Part shown: positions 9,626 to 19,335 of the stretch, one piece after another
How the letters are laid out: every line of letters begins with the position of its first letter
Numbering within the stretch: position 1 is the stretch's first letter
IMG/VR virus record: IMGVR_UViG_3300042340_000144
Strand: one strand, 5' to 3'
DNA from: a virus
Taxonomy: Duplodnaviria > Heunggongvirae > Uroviricota > Caudoviricetes
Length of the DNA: 64,000 nt
The notes under the pieces: model-generated
What the model saw: only the letters and a program-made list of their open reading frames with translations
The model's database searches: none
What the model was told of the DNA's origin: nothing
Program-made: the position numbers and the translations under genes

Positions 9626-10048
9626 TTAATTCCACAATCTTTGAGCATATTTACCAAGTAACATAAAAGCTTCTTTAACCTTAGCTTGTTTATAATCAAA
9701 TTCATTATCTTTAAAGATATAACCATTATATTCTAGTAATAAAAGTAAAAAACCTTCTAGTATAGTTTCTATAATTTGTTTTAAAGAACCTTCTTCAAAT
9801 GACTCTTCCAATGTAAAATCAGTCATATAAAATACATACAATCTAGGTAATAAGAAAACAACAATAGATCTATCTAAATCCCACAGTTGACTTAAATCCC
9901 AATCATAGTTATCCATTAAATATATATTATTATCATCTACTTTTAAACACTCTGCTGGTTCTCTTGATAGTTTTAAATCAAAAGTATTATACAAAGCTTT
10001 TAAACCATCCTTATAATCTTTATAACTAAGTAATTGTTGTATGTTCAT
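9626..10048 (-). CDS. hypothetical protein
   Basis: 140-aa ORF. Confidence 0.35.
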   Translation of the reverse strand: MNIQQLLSYKDYKDGLKALYNTFDLKLSREPAECLKVDDNNIYLMDNYDWDLSQLWDLDRSIVVFLLPRLYVFYMTDFTLEESFEEGSLKQIIETILEGFLLLLLEYNGYIFKDNEFDYKQAKVKEAFMLLGKYAQRLWN

Positions 10049-10292
10049 TGTTGTTATTATTAATTCTTTTAAACTGTTTTAAACTTGGGAAAATAAAGTA
10101 TATATTATAAGTAATAATTATAGCAAAACCCCAATCTCTACCCATAACAAAGTTATATTCATTACCTGCCATAACACCACCTAATTTAAATGTAAAGTCT
10201 TTAAACCAAACATATAAACCAGGATATAAAGCATCAATACTAAAGGCTAAATCTCTTTTATTATTAATAGTTTGTAATTTGTGTTTCTTCAT
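10026..10292 (-). CDS. hypothetical protein
   Basis: 88-aa ORF, overlapping neighbours in operon. Confidence 0.3.
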   Translation of the reverse strand: MKKHKLQTINNKRDLAFSIDALYPGLYVWFKDFTFKLGGVMAGNEYNFVMGRDWGFAIIITYNIYFIFPSLKQFKRINNNNNEHTTIT

Positions 10293-10506
10293 AATAAACT
10301 GTTTTATTTACAACATACATATTATATATACTGTCATAATACTCATCTAACTCTTGCTTATAGATACTTAATAAGAAATCTTTAAAAGATATAACTGATT
10401 CTAAAAGACCTTTATTAATACAACAAATAGTGTAATTAATGTATATTTCCTTATTAAGTTCTGTATTATAGTTTTTGTCTGCCATAATATCTATTAATTC
10501 ATTCAT
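10264..10506 (-). CDS. hypothetical protein
   Basis: 80-aa ORF. Confidence 0.3.
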   Translation of the reverse strand: MNELIDIMADKNYNTELNKEIYINYTICCINKGLLESVISFKDFLLSIYKQELDEYYDSIYNMYVVNKTVYYEETQITNY

Positions 10507-10868
10507 GCTATTACTGGTTCTTCTTCTAAATTATTTAATAAATATAAATGTTTAGCACATTCAATATTAGCTATATAAATTGTTTTATAAGGGCCTCCTT
10601 TATACTGAATAGAATCATAATCAATGACATAATAAAAAGGATGATCTGATTCAGGAGCTAGTCTATGAACATGTTGATAATAATGATTATCACTGTTTAA
10701 CTTTGTGTTTAAATTAGACCCATCTTTAAGTAAATCTTTACCACCAAACATAGTAGAAATAGATATATATTTTTCTTCTACTGTTGGTATAACTTCTTCT
10801 TGTTGTGCTTTTTTACTCATTAACTTTCTTTGTATTATATTTGTTACAATATTACTATTTAAAGACAT
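10503..10868 (-). CDS. hypothetical protein
   Basis: 121-aa ORF with 4-nt overlap to upstream gene. Confidence 0.35.
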   Translation of the reverse strand: MSLNSNIVTNIIQRKLMSKKAQQEEVIPTVEEKYISISTMFGGKDLLKDGSNLNTKLNSDNHYYQHVHRLAPESDHPFYYVIDYDSIQYKGGPYKTIYIANIECAKHLYLLNNLEEEPVIA

Positions 10869-11071
10869 CCTACTGAATTAGGCCTCTTTTTAAAGGGTCT
10901 ACCAACTACTGCTCTTTGAGCAGTACACCTGTTAACTTCATGCCATCTATTATCTGTTAACAACACTTTATAAACTATATGTTCTTTATATACTGTTGTT
11001 TGTACTTGACACACATATAACAAACCATAAATATTTGCACAAATAAAAGCTGTAATCATATTGTATACCAC
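10859..11071 (-). CDS. hypothetical protein
   Basis: 70-aa ORF. Confidence 0.3.
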   Translation of the reverse strand: MVYNMITAFICANIYGLLYVCQVQTTVYKEHIVYKVLLTDNRWHEVNRCTAQRAVVGRPFKKRPNSVGCL

Positions 11072-11466
11072 TCTAATTCATCATAACCATCAAGTTTACA
11101 TTGTTTAATCCAGTCATCTAAATCTTTAATATGTTCAATTCTTGTATCCCTATAACCTATAATTGGATTATCAATTTTCTCATTACCTAAACATCTTTCA
11201 AGATCTAAATCATATTTTCTAGCTACTTCTTCTGGTGAATCATGTTCATCATAATCAAGATAATATATGGGTTCTTTAGAATATTCATCTGGAAAGGCCA
11301 GTACCCAATCACAATACTCTTTATATTTATTATTACTATCAAGTATCTTATATGTAATAGTAGTTGGTGTTTGATAACAAGGAAACTTCTTTTTCATATA
11401 ATGAGTTTCACCAGTCTTAACACCTGTTACTTTCATTAAAGCTTCCAAGTATATATTCATTGACAT
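11056..11466 (-). CDS. hypothetical protein
   Basis: 136-aa ORF. Confidence 0.35.
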   Translation of the reverse strand: MSMNIYLEALMKVTGVKTGETHYMKKKFPCYQTPTTITYKILDSNNKYKEYCDWVLAFPDEYSKEPIYYLDYDEHDSPEEVARKYDLDLERCLGNEKIDNPIIGYRDTRIEHIKDLDDWIKQCKLDGYDELEWYTI

Positions 11467-11526
11467 ATATTTAAGTTTTATAATTTTTATACTAAAAAGA
11501 AGTAACTTTATAATTACTTCTTTTAT

Positions 11527-11745
11527 TTAATGTATCTTAATTTTAGTCTTCTTTTCAAATAACAATTTTCTTAGACAGCCCTTTCTACTTAGTTCTCTAA
11601 ACACTTTTAGAGTCATATCATCAGTGCCATTATTAGTTAGTTTGTTATATATAAAGAATTGGTCATTAGTCATTATAAATGTATGAGTAACACCAGTATA
11701 TAAAGGGCTTTTTATATAAACTATATTTTTATACATCATCCACAA
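11527..11745 (-). CDS. hypothetical protein
   Basis: 72-aa ORF. Confidence 0.3.
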   Translation of the reverse strand: MWMMYKNIVYIKSPLYTGVTHTFIMTNDQFFIYNKLTNNGTDDMTLKVFRELSRKGCLRKLLFEKKTKIKIH

Positions 11746-12053
11746 CCCTCACAATAATAATCTGACTCTATTAAATATGTACCTTTAGGAATTACACCCT
11801 CATTAAACATATCTGTAAGTCTATCAGACCATTCATCATAAACATCAGGTTTTGATGAAAAACTATTATTGTTAGGTATATTAAACATTGTTATACCACT
11901 ATATTCCCAATCATATCCAATATGAATATTATCAACCTTATAATGCAATTCAAAAAGGGCTCTTAAATCAGCCCTTTTAAAGTAATAACATTCAATTTTA
12001 TTAGCTTTAACAATAGTATTTAAATGTTTTAATGTTTTCATATGCCTATCCAA
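11736..12053 (-). CDS. hypothetical protein
   Basis: 105-aa ORF; C-terminal CEGCG. Confidence 0.35.
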   Translation of the reverse strand: MDRHMKTLKHLNTIVKANKIECYYFKRADLRALFELHYKVDNIHIGYDWEYSGITMFNIPNNNSFSSKPDVYDEWSDRLTDMFNEGVIPKGTYLIESDYYCEGCG

Positions 12054-12234
12054 ACTTAGTTTCAGTTAATTGTATAACTATATTCTTATTAGTATCACAA
12101 CATAAAGCTCTTACAATCCATTGTTCTTTACCATTATATAAACCATAATCAAGTTGTATATTAGTAATATTTCTAGTTGTTATTTTACCTTTACCATTTT
12201 TATAAGTCACTTCTATTAATCTATTATCCTTCAT
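12046..12234 (-). CDS. hypothetical small protein (weak paralog of 12224..12442)
   Basis: 62 aa; shares YKNGKGKITTRNI / YKNWKGNTDIRKV-type block with neighbour. Confidence 0.3.
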   Translation of the reverse strand: MKDNRLIEVTYKNGKGKITTRNITNIQLDYGLYNGKEQWIVRALCCDTNKNIVIQLTETKFG

Positions 12235-12442
12235 TGTTTAACACTTGAATGATATCTTTAATTGCATATGTTCTAGGAGCATCTTTATCTAAATCCCAAA
12301 CATCAAATAACCATTGTGGTTCTGGATGATATTCTGTTTGACCCCAATATAAATTACCAATTGGTTGTACTTTTCTGATATCTGTATTACCTTTCCAATT
12401 TTTATACAGTAGTGTTAATACTTTATTATTATCTATTTTCAT
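12224..12442 (-). CDS. hypothetical small protein
   Basis: 72-aa ORF. Confidence 0.3.
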   Translation of the reverse strand: MKIDNNKVLTLLYKNWKGNTDIRKVQPIGNLYWGQTEYHPEPQWLFDVWDLDKDAPRTYAIKDIIQVLNNEG

Positions 12443-13076
12443 TATGTTTTGATTCCCATGTGTTAATTAACAAGCCTTTCATCTTACAGTAGTATCTGCA
12501 TTCTGAGTAACTCCACTTACTAATTAAGTTTATTAGTTCCTCTTGTAGTTCATACTGAGCCCTTTTACTATCTACAATAGAAGCTTCATTCATCCACTTA
12601 ACCCATTGTGTTTCTAACAGTCTAACTTGAGTTGTTAAAAGGCCCCAATAAGAACTGATTTCATCTGCACCATATTTAATAAACTCTGTTGGTTGTAGCT
12701 CCCTATCTATATATTCTAATCTAACTAATATACTATTAATTACATCTTTAGTATTAACCTCATATGTTGCATACTTAGGAGTAAATATCATAGCTCCAAT
12801 GTTCATCATACAGTCTTGTAAGCTATCTAACAACTTATATTCATTTTGTTGTATATTATAAAATCTTTTAACTGCTCCCAGCCAAGCATTAGTTGAATCT
12901 ACATGGGCTTGTACTACACATGTTATATGATCCTTTCTTAATGTAATAGGTTCATTGTCCTCACCATTATGAGCATGAGTAAACCCTTTACTACCCACTC
13001 CAACTACTTTACTTGTAACTCTTCTAGCCATTATATTAAGCCTCTTATTTACATATATTAAGCTCTTAAAATTCAA
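12429..13076 (-). CDS. hypothetical protein; weak resemblance to PduO-type ATP:cob(I)alamin adenosyltransferase
   Basis: 215 aa; block DHITCVVQAHVDSTNAWLGAV resembles the PduO-type D.RV.AYG.VDELNS.LG segment; remainder not convincingly aligned by eye. Confidence 0.3.
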   Translation of the reverse strand: MNFKSLIYVNKRLNIMARRVTSKVVGVGSKGFTHAHNGEDNEPITLRKDHITCVVQAHVDSTNAWLGAVKRFYNIQQNEYKLLDSLQDCMMNIGAMIFTPKYATYEVNTKDVINSILVRLEYIDRELQPTEFIKYGADEISSYWGLLTTQVRLLETQWVKWMNEASIVDSKRAQYELQEELINLISKWSYSECRYYCKMKGLLINTWESKHNENR

Positions 13077-13122
13077 CTTAAATTAAACAAATAATCAACT
13101 TAATATAAAGGGCTAAACATAG

Positions 13123-13791
13123 TTACACATAACTAATATTATTTCTTCTAATACCATTTAAAGCCCAATGTTTATCATCCTTTATAACAAATCTACTACT
13201 TACAAACTTAGCTATATTATAGTTAGAATCATTGTATAAATATTCATCACTATTTCTAACAATATAACCTTCAACTATATCATCTCTATACCTATCTAAA
13301 GTGTTAAATGACTTAACTTTAGTCTCATCATAAATTCCTTTATACAATACTGGAACAGGAGTTATATTAAGTAAAGTACATATTGTTAAAGTATCATCCC
13401 AAGATAAACAAGTGGTGCCATTCCAAGCACTATGTAGTAGAAATACATCCTCTAAGTTGTTATATTGTATTGTATGAGTTGTATACATATTCTCACCAAC
13501 AAGTCTTAAATTGGGCCATTTATTATGTAGTATTACATAGTTATCTGTATATAATTTATTAGCCCACCAACTATGTAAATAGTCATTAGAATCATGTTGT
13601 CTACTACTTTGTATAGATCTACTGTGAAAGGTGCCATCATTATAAAGTGAAATTGAAGATCCGTCATACTTAACAGTAACAACAACATCTTTACCATTAA
13701 ACATATTGTTATGTTTAATGGTCTTATCATCTTTACTCATTACTTCAGACCAAGGAAGATGATATATTCTTGGTGCTTTTAATTTAATCAT
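13123..13791 (-). CDS. ATP-dependent nucleic-acid ligase-family nucleotidyltransferase (RNA-ligase-like, small)
   Basis: 222 aa; motif I KYDGSS (KxDG), motif IV-like EGYIVR, motif V-like IAKFVSSR; size fits minimal RNA ligase / ligase NTase domain. Confidence 0.5.
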   Translation of the reverse strand: MIKLKAPRIYHLPWSEVMSKDDKTIKHNNMFNGKDVVVTVKYDGSSISLYNDGTFHSRSIQSSRQHDSNDYLHSWWANKLYTDNYVILHNKWPNLRLVGENMYTTHTIQYNNLEDVFLLHSAWNGTTCLSWDDTLTICTLLNITPVPVLYKGIYDETKVKSFNTLDRYRDDIVEGYIVRNSDEYLYNDSNYNIAKFVSSRFVIKDDKHWALNGIRRNNISYV

Positions 13792-14047
13792 TATTATTAT
13801 TATTATTATTATTTTTAATATTTAATAAATTATATAAGTTATAAATATCTATAAAACCATAAAACAAAGTAAGAATAAACATACTATAATCTTCTCTTAT
13901 AACTGTATATATAATAAATAATAAAGCCGCTACAAGTCTAATATAAAAGCCTTTTAATTTAGTAGAGGCTTTTATATTACATACTATTAAATAACCTATA
14001 ACAGATAATACTGTTGCAATAAGACTAAATATAAACATATTAATCAA
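13784..14047 (-). CDS. small membrane protein with C-terminal poly-N
   Basis: 87 aa; hydrophobic segments FIFSLIATVLSVIGYLIV and LVAALLFIIYTVI; ends KNNNNNNND from (AAT)n codon repeat. Confidence 0.4.
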   Translation of the reverse strand: MINMFIFSLIATVLSVIGYLIVCNIKASTKLKGFYIRLVAALLFIIYTVIREDYSMFILTLFYGFIDIYNLYNLLNIKNNNNNNNND

Positions 14048-14234
14048 AGATAACTACATATTCAGATTTAACAAGAGGATTAGTAACAACACTAGGATTA
14101 GTATTTAATACTTCAACTTTAGGATAATCTTCATGCCCATAGAATATTTCAGCGACTTTAATATTGCCATATTTAACTTTAATTTCTAATAGTTTACTAA
14201 CAATATCATCAATAGTTTGTAATTCTTCTGGCAT
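14040..14234 (-). CDS. hypothetical protein
   Basis: 64-aa ORF. Confidence 0.3.
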   Translation of the reverse strand: MPEELQTIDDIVSKLLEIKVKYGNIKVAEIFYGHEDYPKVEVLNTNPSVVTNPLVKSEYVVIFD

Positions 14235-14544
14235 TTATTTATTATTATAAAACATTATATTATCAGTTACATCTTTATAAAAGAAGTGTGTTTTATCACA
14301 TCTGACACACTTCTTAGCAACTACCCATCCATATCTATATCCAAATATCCAACTATGAATATTTAAGTTACAAAGAATATTCATTTAATTTTATCTATTA
14401 CTACTTCATACCAAAAGCTAGAAAAGTAGATTTTATTATTAATAATAAACTTCAAACTTTCTAAGTTATCTGGTAAATCAATAACAATATTATCTAATCT
14501 TCTAGCCTTGATAACTCTCATTTATTTATAATAAGTATTTATGC

Positions 14545-16935
14545 TTACCTCGTTGGACAGGCACCTTGACAATTAGCGCCTAAATCTACATCATCAATGT
14601 CAATACCACTACCTAAAGCAGCTTGTTCTAACTCAGCCAATAACTCTTCATTAACATAGAACTTACCATCTTTGACCCATTCAGAATCTTTAAATGAAGA
14701 CATCATTTCATTATAAACATCTTCTGTTATTTCTTCATTAGGAAGCAAAGGATGATTACCTGAATAGTAAGATAAGAAAGCAGCGTTAGTAAATCTTGAC
14801 CAGTTCTTTTCAGCATGTAACTCTTCAGCTAAGTTATCCCATTCATCTTCTTTGGCAGTGATAGTAGAAGATACCATATGATCTACATACTTATCACTAA
14901 ATCTAAGTACATTTTGTAATTGTCTACTAGCACTAACACTTCCCTGTGATTCAACCATTCCTGAGTTAACAGGAAACTCAAACAAGACAGCATTACTACT
15001 ATTAAAGATTAGTTCTTTACCTTCTTTAGCTGTTTGTCTAAACAATTCAATTGCTTGCCAAACATCAACTGTTGGATATATTTTACTTAGATCATAGGGT
15101 GTAGAAATCCAACTAAAGCCTTGTTCTTTTAATGTCTTAGCAAGAGCATCATTAGCACCCATTTGAATTCTATTGATATAGTAAGGTGCCCAATCCCAAT
15201 GAACACCACTAGAAGAGCCTAATACTTTAGATCCAGTGCCTTCAGGTTTAATACAACAAACCATTAACGGTCTATCAACACCTAACTTATCTGAGTAAAC
15301 ATCTGCTTCATTGTTAGCCCAAGCATTAATTTCTTTCATCAACTCTTCTTGTTCTGTATAAGAAAGATCTAATTTATTAAACAATTGAATCCAACCAGTA
15401 ACAGATACTCCTAACAATCTTTCTGCTTTTTGAGTGTCATCTAACTCTGCTCTTGGCATAGTTACAAATGTTTGTCTAGTTGCAATTCTAACTGTTAATC
15501 TAATAGCTTGTTCAAGTCCTTCTTTGTCTAACTTATAGCCTGTAACAGCACAAAGATCATTGTTATTACATCTTTTAATAACAAACTTGTTAATAGGTAA
15601 AGTAGTTAGATTGCAAAAACCAACACCTAAACCATTTTTATATCCAACAGATAATATGATTTCAAAGCATGGATTAGAACAAATATCACAAAACCATTCC
15701 CAAATATTCTTAACAGCAACATTAGGTCTATACTTTCTAACAGCAATCCACTTTTTTCCAATCATCTTTAGATAGTTACAGAAACCTGGATCACCAGCAT
15801 TAGAAACTACTTTAAATCTTTCTTTAATCCACTTAACTGATGGTTTATATACATCAATAAATTTCCATATCTCTTCTTTTGTGGCATCAGGATTAGCTTC
15901 TAAATAAGATCTTAGATTAGATAAATAAGGAGTTCCTAGAGCTTCTGTGTTATTACTTTGTATTCTATAATATTTACCTTTTAAGCTAGGATTATCAAAC
16001 AAATCAACTTTAGCATTTGCCATTAAATCATCTCCCTCTTCAAAGAGACAAAGTAAAGCTGATCTTCTAGTATTACCTGCTACAACACCTTTAGCAATAG
16101 CACAACAAATGTCTAAACAGTCGATACTTCTAAGCTTATCTGTAGGACATTCATTGAATATATTAAATACATCAAGTAATAATGTCTTAAGTGCTTCATG
16201 ACCTGAGGCAGTACCACCAAAACCTTTAATTCTTTCGCCTAAAGATCTAACAGAATTAAAGTTAAATACAATCTTTTTAATATCAAAATTAAGTGTTAAT
16301 GTATCATGTAACTTAAGACTTGAATATGTATTAAAAACAACTCTTAAAAGAGTATCTAAAGAGTCAATCCAACCCTTTCTACTATCTCCCACTTCAACAT
16401 AAATAGTATCACTATTTAGTACTTTTACAGTAGTGTCTTCTAATCTATCTTGCTTATCTTTTGGATTATAATCTTCAAATTCAATATCAAACTTTTTAAT
16501 ACTTGGCAGCTTATTAATATCTGAATTAAATACTCTAAAGCCAACACCAGTACCAAGCATTAACAATTCAAATACAGTTGTAAAGGCTTCTATTCTATTA
16601 ATAGCTAAAGCTGAACAGTTGAATGAAGATGCAGGATGTTTTTTATTAGCCTCAGTACCAGCAATCCACATAGATCTACCAGATGGTAATGCTAATAACT
16701 TATTCATATGATCTAACATAATAGATCTTTCTAAGTTATATTCTTCTTCAGTTAATAAGTCTTTAACTAAATCTAAATTAGCATCAACTACTCTTGTATT
16801 TCTCTCTACAAATGTCTCTCTTCTCTTCTTATTAGGTAACCATCTTCTATAAGTTCTAATGTCAACCACAGAACCAACAGGCCCAAAATCAGGTTTAATA
16901 TCTTCTTCCTTTTTAACCAATTCAAATTCAAACAT
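14545..16935 (-). CDS. nrdJ: ribonucleotide reductase, class II (adenosylcobalamin-dependent, NrdJ-like)
   Basis: 796 aa; SGRSMWIAGTE...SSFNCSA...LLMLGTGVGF block; thiyl-radical loop CSNPCFEI (NPCGE-like); KPEGTGS (KPSGT-like); C-terminal Cys pair CQGAC. Confidence 0.75.
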   Translation of the reverse strand: MFEFELVKKEEDIKPDFGPVGSVVDIRTYRRWLPNKKRRETFVERNTRVVDANLDLVKDLLTEEEYNLERSIMLDHMNKLLALPSGRSMWIAGTEANKKHPASSFNCSALAINRIEAFTTVFELLMLGTGVGFRVFNSDINKLPSIKKFDIEFEDYNPKDKQDRLEDTTVKVLNSDTIYVEVGDSRKGWIDSLDTLLRVVFNTYSSLKLHDTLTLNFDIKKIVFNFNSVRSLGERIKGFGGTASGHEALKTLLLDVFNIFNECPTDKLRSIDCLDICCAIAKGVVAGNTRRSALLCLFEEGDDLMANAKVDLFDNPSLKGKYYRIQSNNTEALGTPYLSNLRSYLEANPDATKEEIWKFIDVYKPSVKWIKERFKVVSNAGDPGFCNYLKMIGKKWIAVRKYRPNVAVKNIWEWFCDICSNPCFEIILSVGYKNGLGVGFCNLTTLPINKFVIKRCNNNDLCAVTGYKLDKEGLEQAIRLTVRIATRQTFVTMPRAELDDTQKAERLLGVSVTGWIQLFNKLDLSYTEQEELMKEINAWANNEADVYSDKLGVDRPLMVCCIKPEGTGSKVLGSSSGVHWDWAPYYINRIQMGANDALAKTLKEQGFSWISTPYDLSKIYPTVDVWQAIELFRQTAKEGKELIFNSSNAVLFEFPVNSGMVESQGSVSASRQLQNVLRFSDKYVDHMVSSTITAKEDEWDNLAEELHAEKNWSRFTNAAFLSYYSGNHPLLPNEEITEDVYNEMMSSFKDSEWVKDGKFYVNEELLAELEQAALGSGIDIDDVDLGANCQGACPTR

Positions 16936-17000
16936 AAGTAGTAATAATAGTAATTTGTATTATCTTTTAATCTTAAATTATCAACTTAAGTTTAAATAAA

Positions 17001-17039
17001 ATAACACATTACTTATAACTAAACTAAGTAATGTGTTAT
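17001..17039 (-). terminator. rho-independent terminator hairpin (15-bp perfect stem, 9-nt loop)
   Basis: ataacacattactta-taactaaac-taagtaatgtgttat; followed on the minus strand by U-rich tract; lies between stop of 17062..17451 and start of nrdJ. Confidence 0.65.
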
Positions 17040-17061
17040 TTATTATTAGACTACAAATTAA

Positions 17062-17451
17062 CTATTTAGCTTTATTCTTTTTAGCTACTACTTCCTTTTT
17101 AACAGGAATAATAGGATTACCAAAATCATCAAACTTCTTTTTGCATTCATAGTTTGGAATTGGCTCTTCTTCATAAGGAACAAGAGTTACAACCCTATTC
17201 CATTCTCTATTAGAGATAGCTTTAACAACTTGAGGATTACCTTTACTAGCTTTTAAAGCACCAGCACCAACACCTTTAATTCTAATCTTAGTAGCACTAA
17301 TCTTAGTAACTTTAAAGCCCTCTGGTACATCAAATGATGCATCTACAATAGCTTTATTAAACTTTAAAGAGTTTAAATGAGCATTAGCAATTCTTTGCTT
17401 ATCTGTAGGTGCAGTTTTACCGCCACTTTTACCTTTTACTGGTTTAGACAT
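17062..17451 (-). CDS. lysine-rich basic protein (possible DNA-binding)
   Basis: 129 aa, very K-rich N- and C-termini (MSKPVKGKSGGK...KKEVVAKKNKAK). Confidence 0.4.
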   Translation of the reverse strand: MSKPVKGKSGGKTAPTDKQRIANAHLNSLKFNKAIVDASFDVPEGFKVTKISATKIRIKGVGAGALKASKGNPQVVKAISNREWNRVVTLVPYEEEPIPNYECKKKFDDFGNPIIPVKKEVVAKKNKAK

Positions 17452-17465
17452 TATTATTATTTCCT

Positions 17466-17660
17466 TTATTTATTAATGTAATTTACAAATGTTTTTTCAT
17501 CAAACTTACTGTTAAATTGGGGTAAAACCCCAACTAGAAAATTAGTGACTATTGTTTTATCATAGTCATTATTCAAACTTCTTACAGCGTTAGCAATAGC
17601 TATAAAGTGTTTTTTTGTCATCTTATTATTTATGTAACATATTGGGCCTCTTAACAACAC
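17466..17660 (-). CDS. hypothetical protein
   Basis: 64-aa ORF. Confidence 0.3.
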   Translation of the reverse strand: MLLRGPICYINNKMTKKHFIAIANAVRSLNNDYDKTIVTNFLVGVLPQFNSKFDEKTFVNYINK

Positions 17661-17675
17661 AGATTAAAATTAGAA

Positions 17676-18173
17676 CTAAACTTTATGAATCTTAGCATAA
17701 TAGCAAGCTATAGTGTATGCGTCACTAATACCATCATTCTTAGGATTAATATCTTTAGCAAACACCATAGATTTTCTTTTAGTAGGTTTTAATTTAATAG
17801 GTTCACCAGGGTCAATAATGTCAGTTAACATGCTTGCTTGCCAAATCTTAGGCATTACTTGTTCTACTACAAACTCTAAAGAATCTAAGATACCTAAAAG
17901 ATATCCAAAATTAGACAATGTAGTTTGTGCTGACTTAGTGCCATCTTTACCTCTCATTATAACTTGAGTTTCAATTATAACTTTATTAGTTAATAATGAC
18001 CATTCTTCTAATTTATTATATATGTTTTTACCATGAAGCCAAGTCTTTTTATCCTTCTTATAAGTTGGAGTATTAAGCACTTCTACTACTTTACTTGTAG
18101 TGATATTATATAAACACATAGCGCCTTGCAAACCTGGATCTAAGCTAATCACATATTTATCTTTACTTTGCAT
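17676..18173 (-). CDS. RuvC-like Holliday-junction resolvase
   Basis: 165 aa; N-terminal VISLDPGLQGA (cf. RuvC ILGIDPGSR), acidic IIETQV (cf. AIEQV) and C-terminal DAYTIACYY (cf. DAADALAIA). Confidence 0.65.
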   Translation of the reverse strand: MQSKDKYVISLDPGLQGAMCLYNITTSKVVEVLNTPTYKKDKKTWLHGKNIYNKLEEWSLLTNKVIIETQVIMRGKDGTKSAQTTLSNFGYLLGILDSLEFVVEQVMPKIWQASMLTDIIDPGEPIKLKPTKRKSMVFAKDINPKNDGISDAYTIACYYAKIHKV

Positions 18174-18175
18174 AT

Positions 18176-18212
18176 ATGTATACTCTTTATATTGATATTA
18201 AAGAGTATACAT
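18176..18212. promoter_or_regulatory. 14-bp perfect inverted repeat (hairpin/operator) upstream of resolvase gene
   Basis: atgtatactcttta-9nt-taaagagtatacat; no clear U-tract, so terminator vs operator unresolved. Confidence 0.4.
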
Positions 18213-18242
18213 CAATACTGTAAATAATAATAAATTTATATT

Positions 18243-18611
18243 TTATTTAAATTCTTTTAAAAATGTTTTTCTAGCTAAGATATAAAGATTAAAATCTTTT
18301 ATATTATTTACTCTTACATTATTAAATGCTGCTTCTTTTAAAAAACTAATATTAAATTCCTCATTTATAAAAAAATAACAATCATTAAATATACAATTAT
18401 ATACTTTTAATTTATTAATATTTTTATCTAAGTCTTGTTCTATTAAATCTAATAAATGTAAATCAAAATTTATTAGTTCATTTATAATAGAAAGCCAATC
18501 ATTATTATCTTCTTTATTATAATTACATAAATAACCAACAACAGTATTAATTTCAGGAGTTCTAATTTGTAAAGTTAAATATGTAATTAATTTTTTAATA
18601 TATATATTCAT
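18243..18611 (-). CDS. hypothetical protein
   Basis: 122-aa ORF. Confidence 0.35.
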   Translation of the reverse strand: MNIYIKKLITYLTLQIRTPEINTVVGYLCNYNKEDNNDWLSIINELINFDLHLLDLIEQDLDKNINKLKVYNCIFNDCYFFINEEFNISFLKEAAFNNVRVNNIKDFNLYILARKTFLKEFK

Positions 18612-18612
18612 A

Positions 18613-19335
18613 TTAATGTTTTTTTAAATTATAATTATTAGCCATCCAAAGAGGACATTGTTTAAGTTTATTTTTTAAATAAGCATTAATTAAAACTACT
18701 TTAGTTCTTTCTTTTAACAAACACCTAGGCATAAGACCTAACTTTGAAACTTCTTGAATTGTAAAATTAGGAACACCATATAAAAATGAATCTAATAATT
18801 GTTTTTCTAATCTAAGAAGTAGTGCCCAAAAATAAACAAAAATCATATAAGGATGTGTATTTTTATCTAATATATCAACTTGACTATATAAATCTTTAAC
18901 AATATGTTCATTTCTAGAACTAAAGTAATAATAATTGGTGCCTTCTTTTGATAAAGTTCTTTTTATTCTATTAAACCTTTTAAATGTTACTTCCCACATA
19001 TTTCCATAAAAAGAAACTTCATCATCAAATACTAAATCAACACAGCTAGTAACTAATAATTCTTTATCAATTATCATATTCATAATGACTAAATAATGTG
19101 GATATAATCTATGTAAAAATTCATATCGACAGTATTTTAAAAGAGTCATTAAATCTGGATATAATAACTCAGTAATTAGTTCTTTAACTGCTTCATCATC
19201 TTTAATAGATGTTGCAATAATTATAAAAGGAATGTATAAAGAGTCTCCATTACCTGATTGAACTGCTACACAGTTAATAATATTGTTAACAGTATTATTA
19301 CTATTACTTAATAACTCTTTCTTATTATCTATCAC
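18613..19335 (-). CDS. hypothetical protein
   Basis: 240-aa ORF, 1-nt spacing to downstream gene. Confidence 0.4.
   Translation of the reverse strand: MIDNKKELLSNSNNTVNNIINCVAVQSGNGDSLYIPFIIIATSIKDDEAVKELITELLYPDLMTLLKYCRYEFLHRLYPHYLVIMNMIIDKELLVTSCVDLVFDDEVSFYGNMWEVTFKRFNRIKRTLSKEGTNYYYFSSRNEHIVKDLYSQVDILDKNTHPYMIFVYFWALLLRLEKQLLDSFLYGVPNFTIQEVSKLGLMPRCLLKERTKVVLINAYLKNKLKQCPLWMANNYNLKKH

Noticed and set aside
13533-13730. 65-aa ORF nested in the ligase-like gene
   Set aside because: It is out-of-frame and internal to 13123..13791, which carries the KxDG motif.
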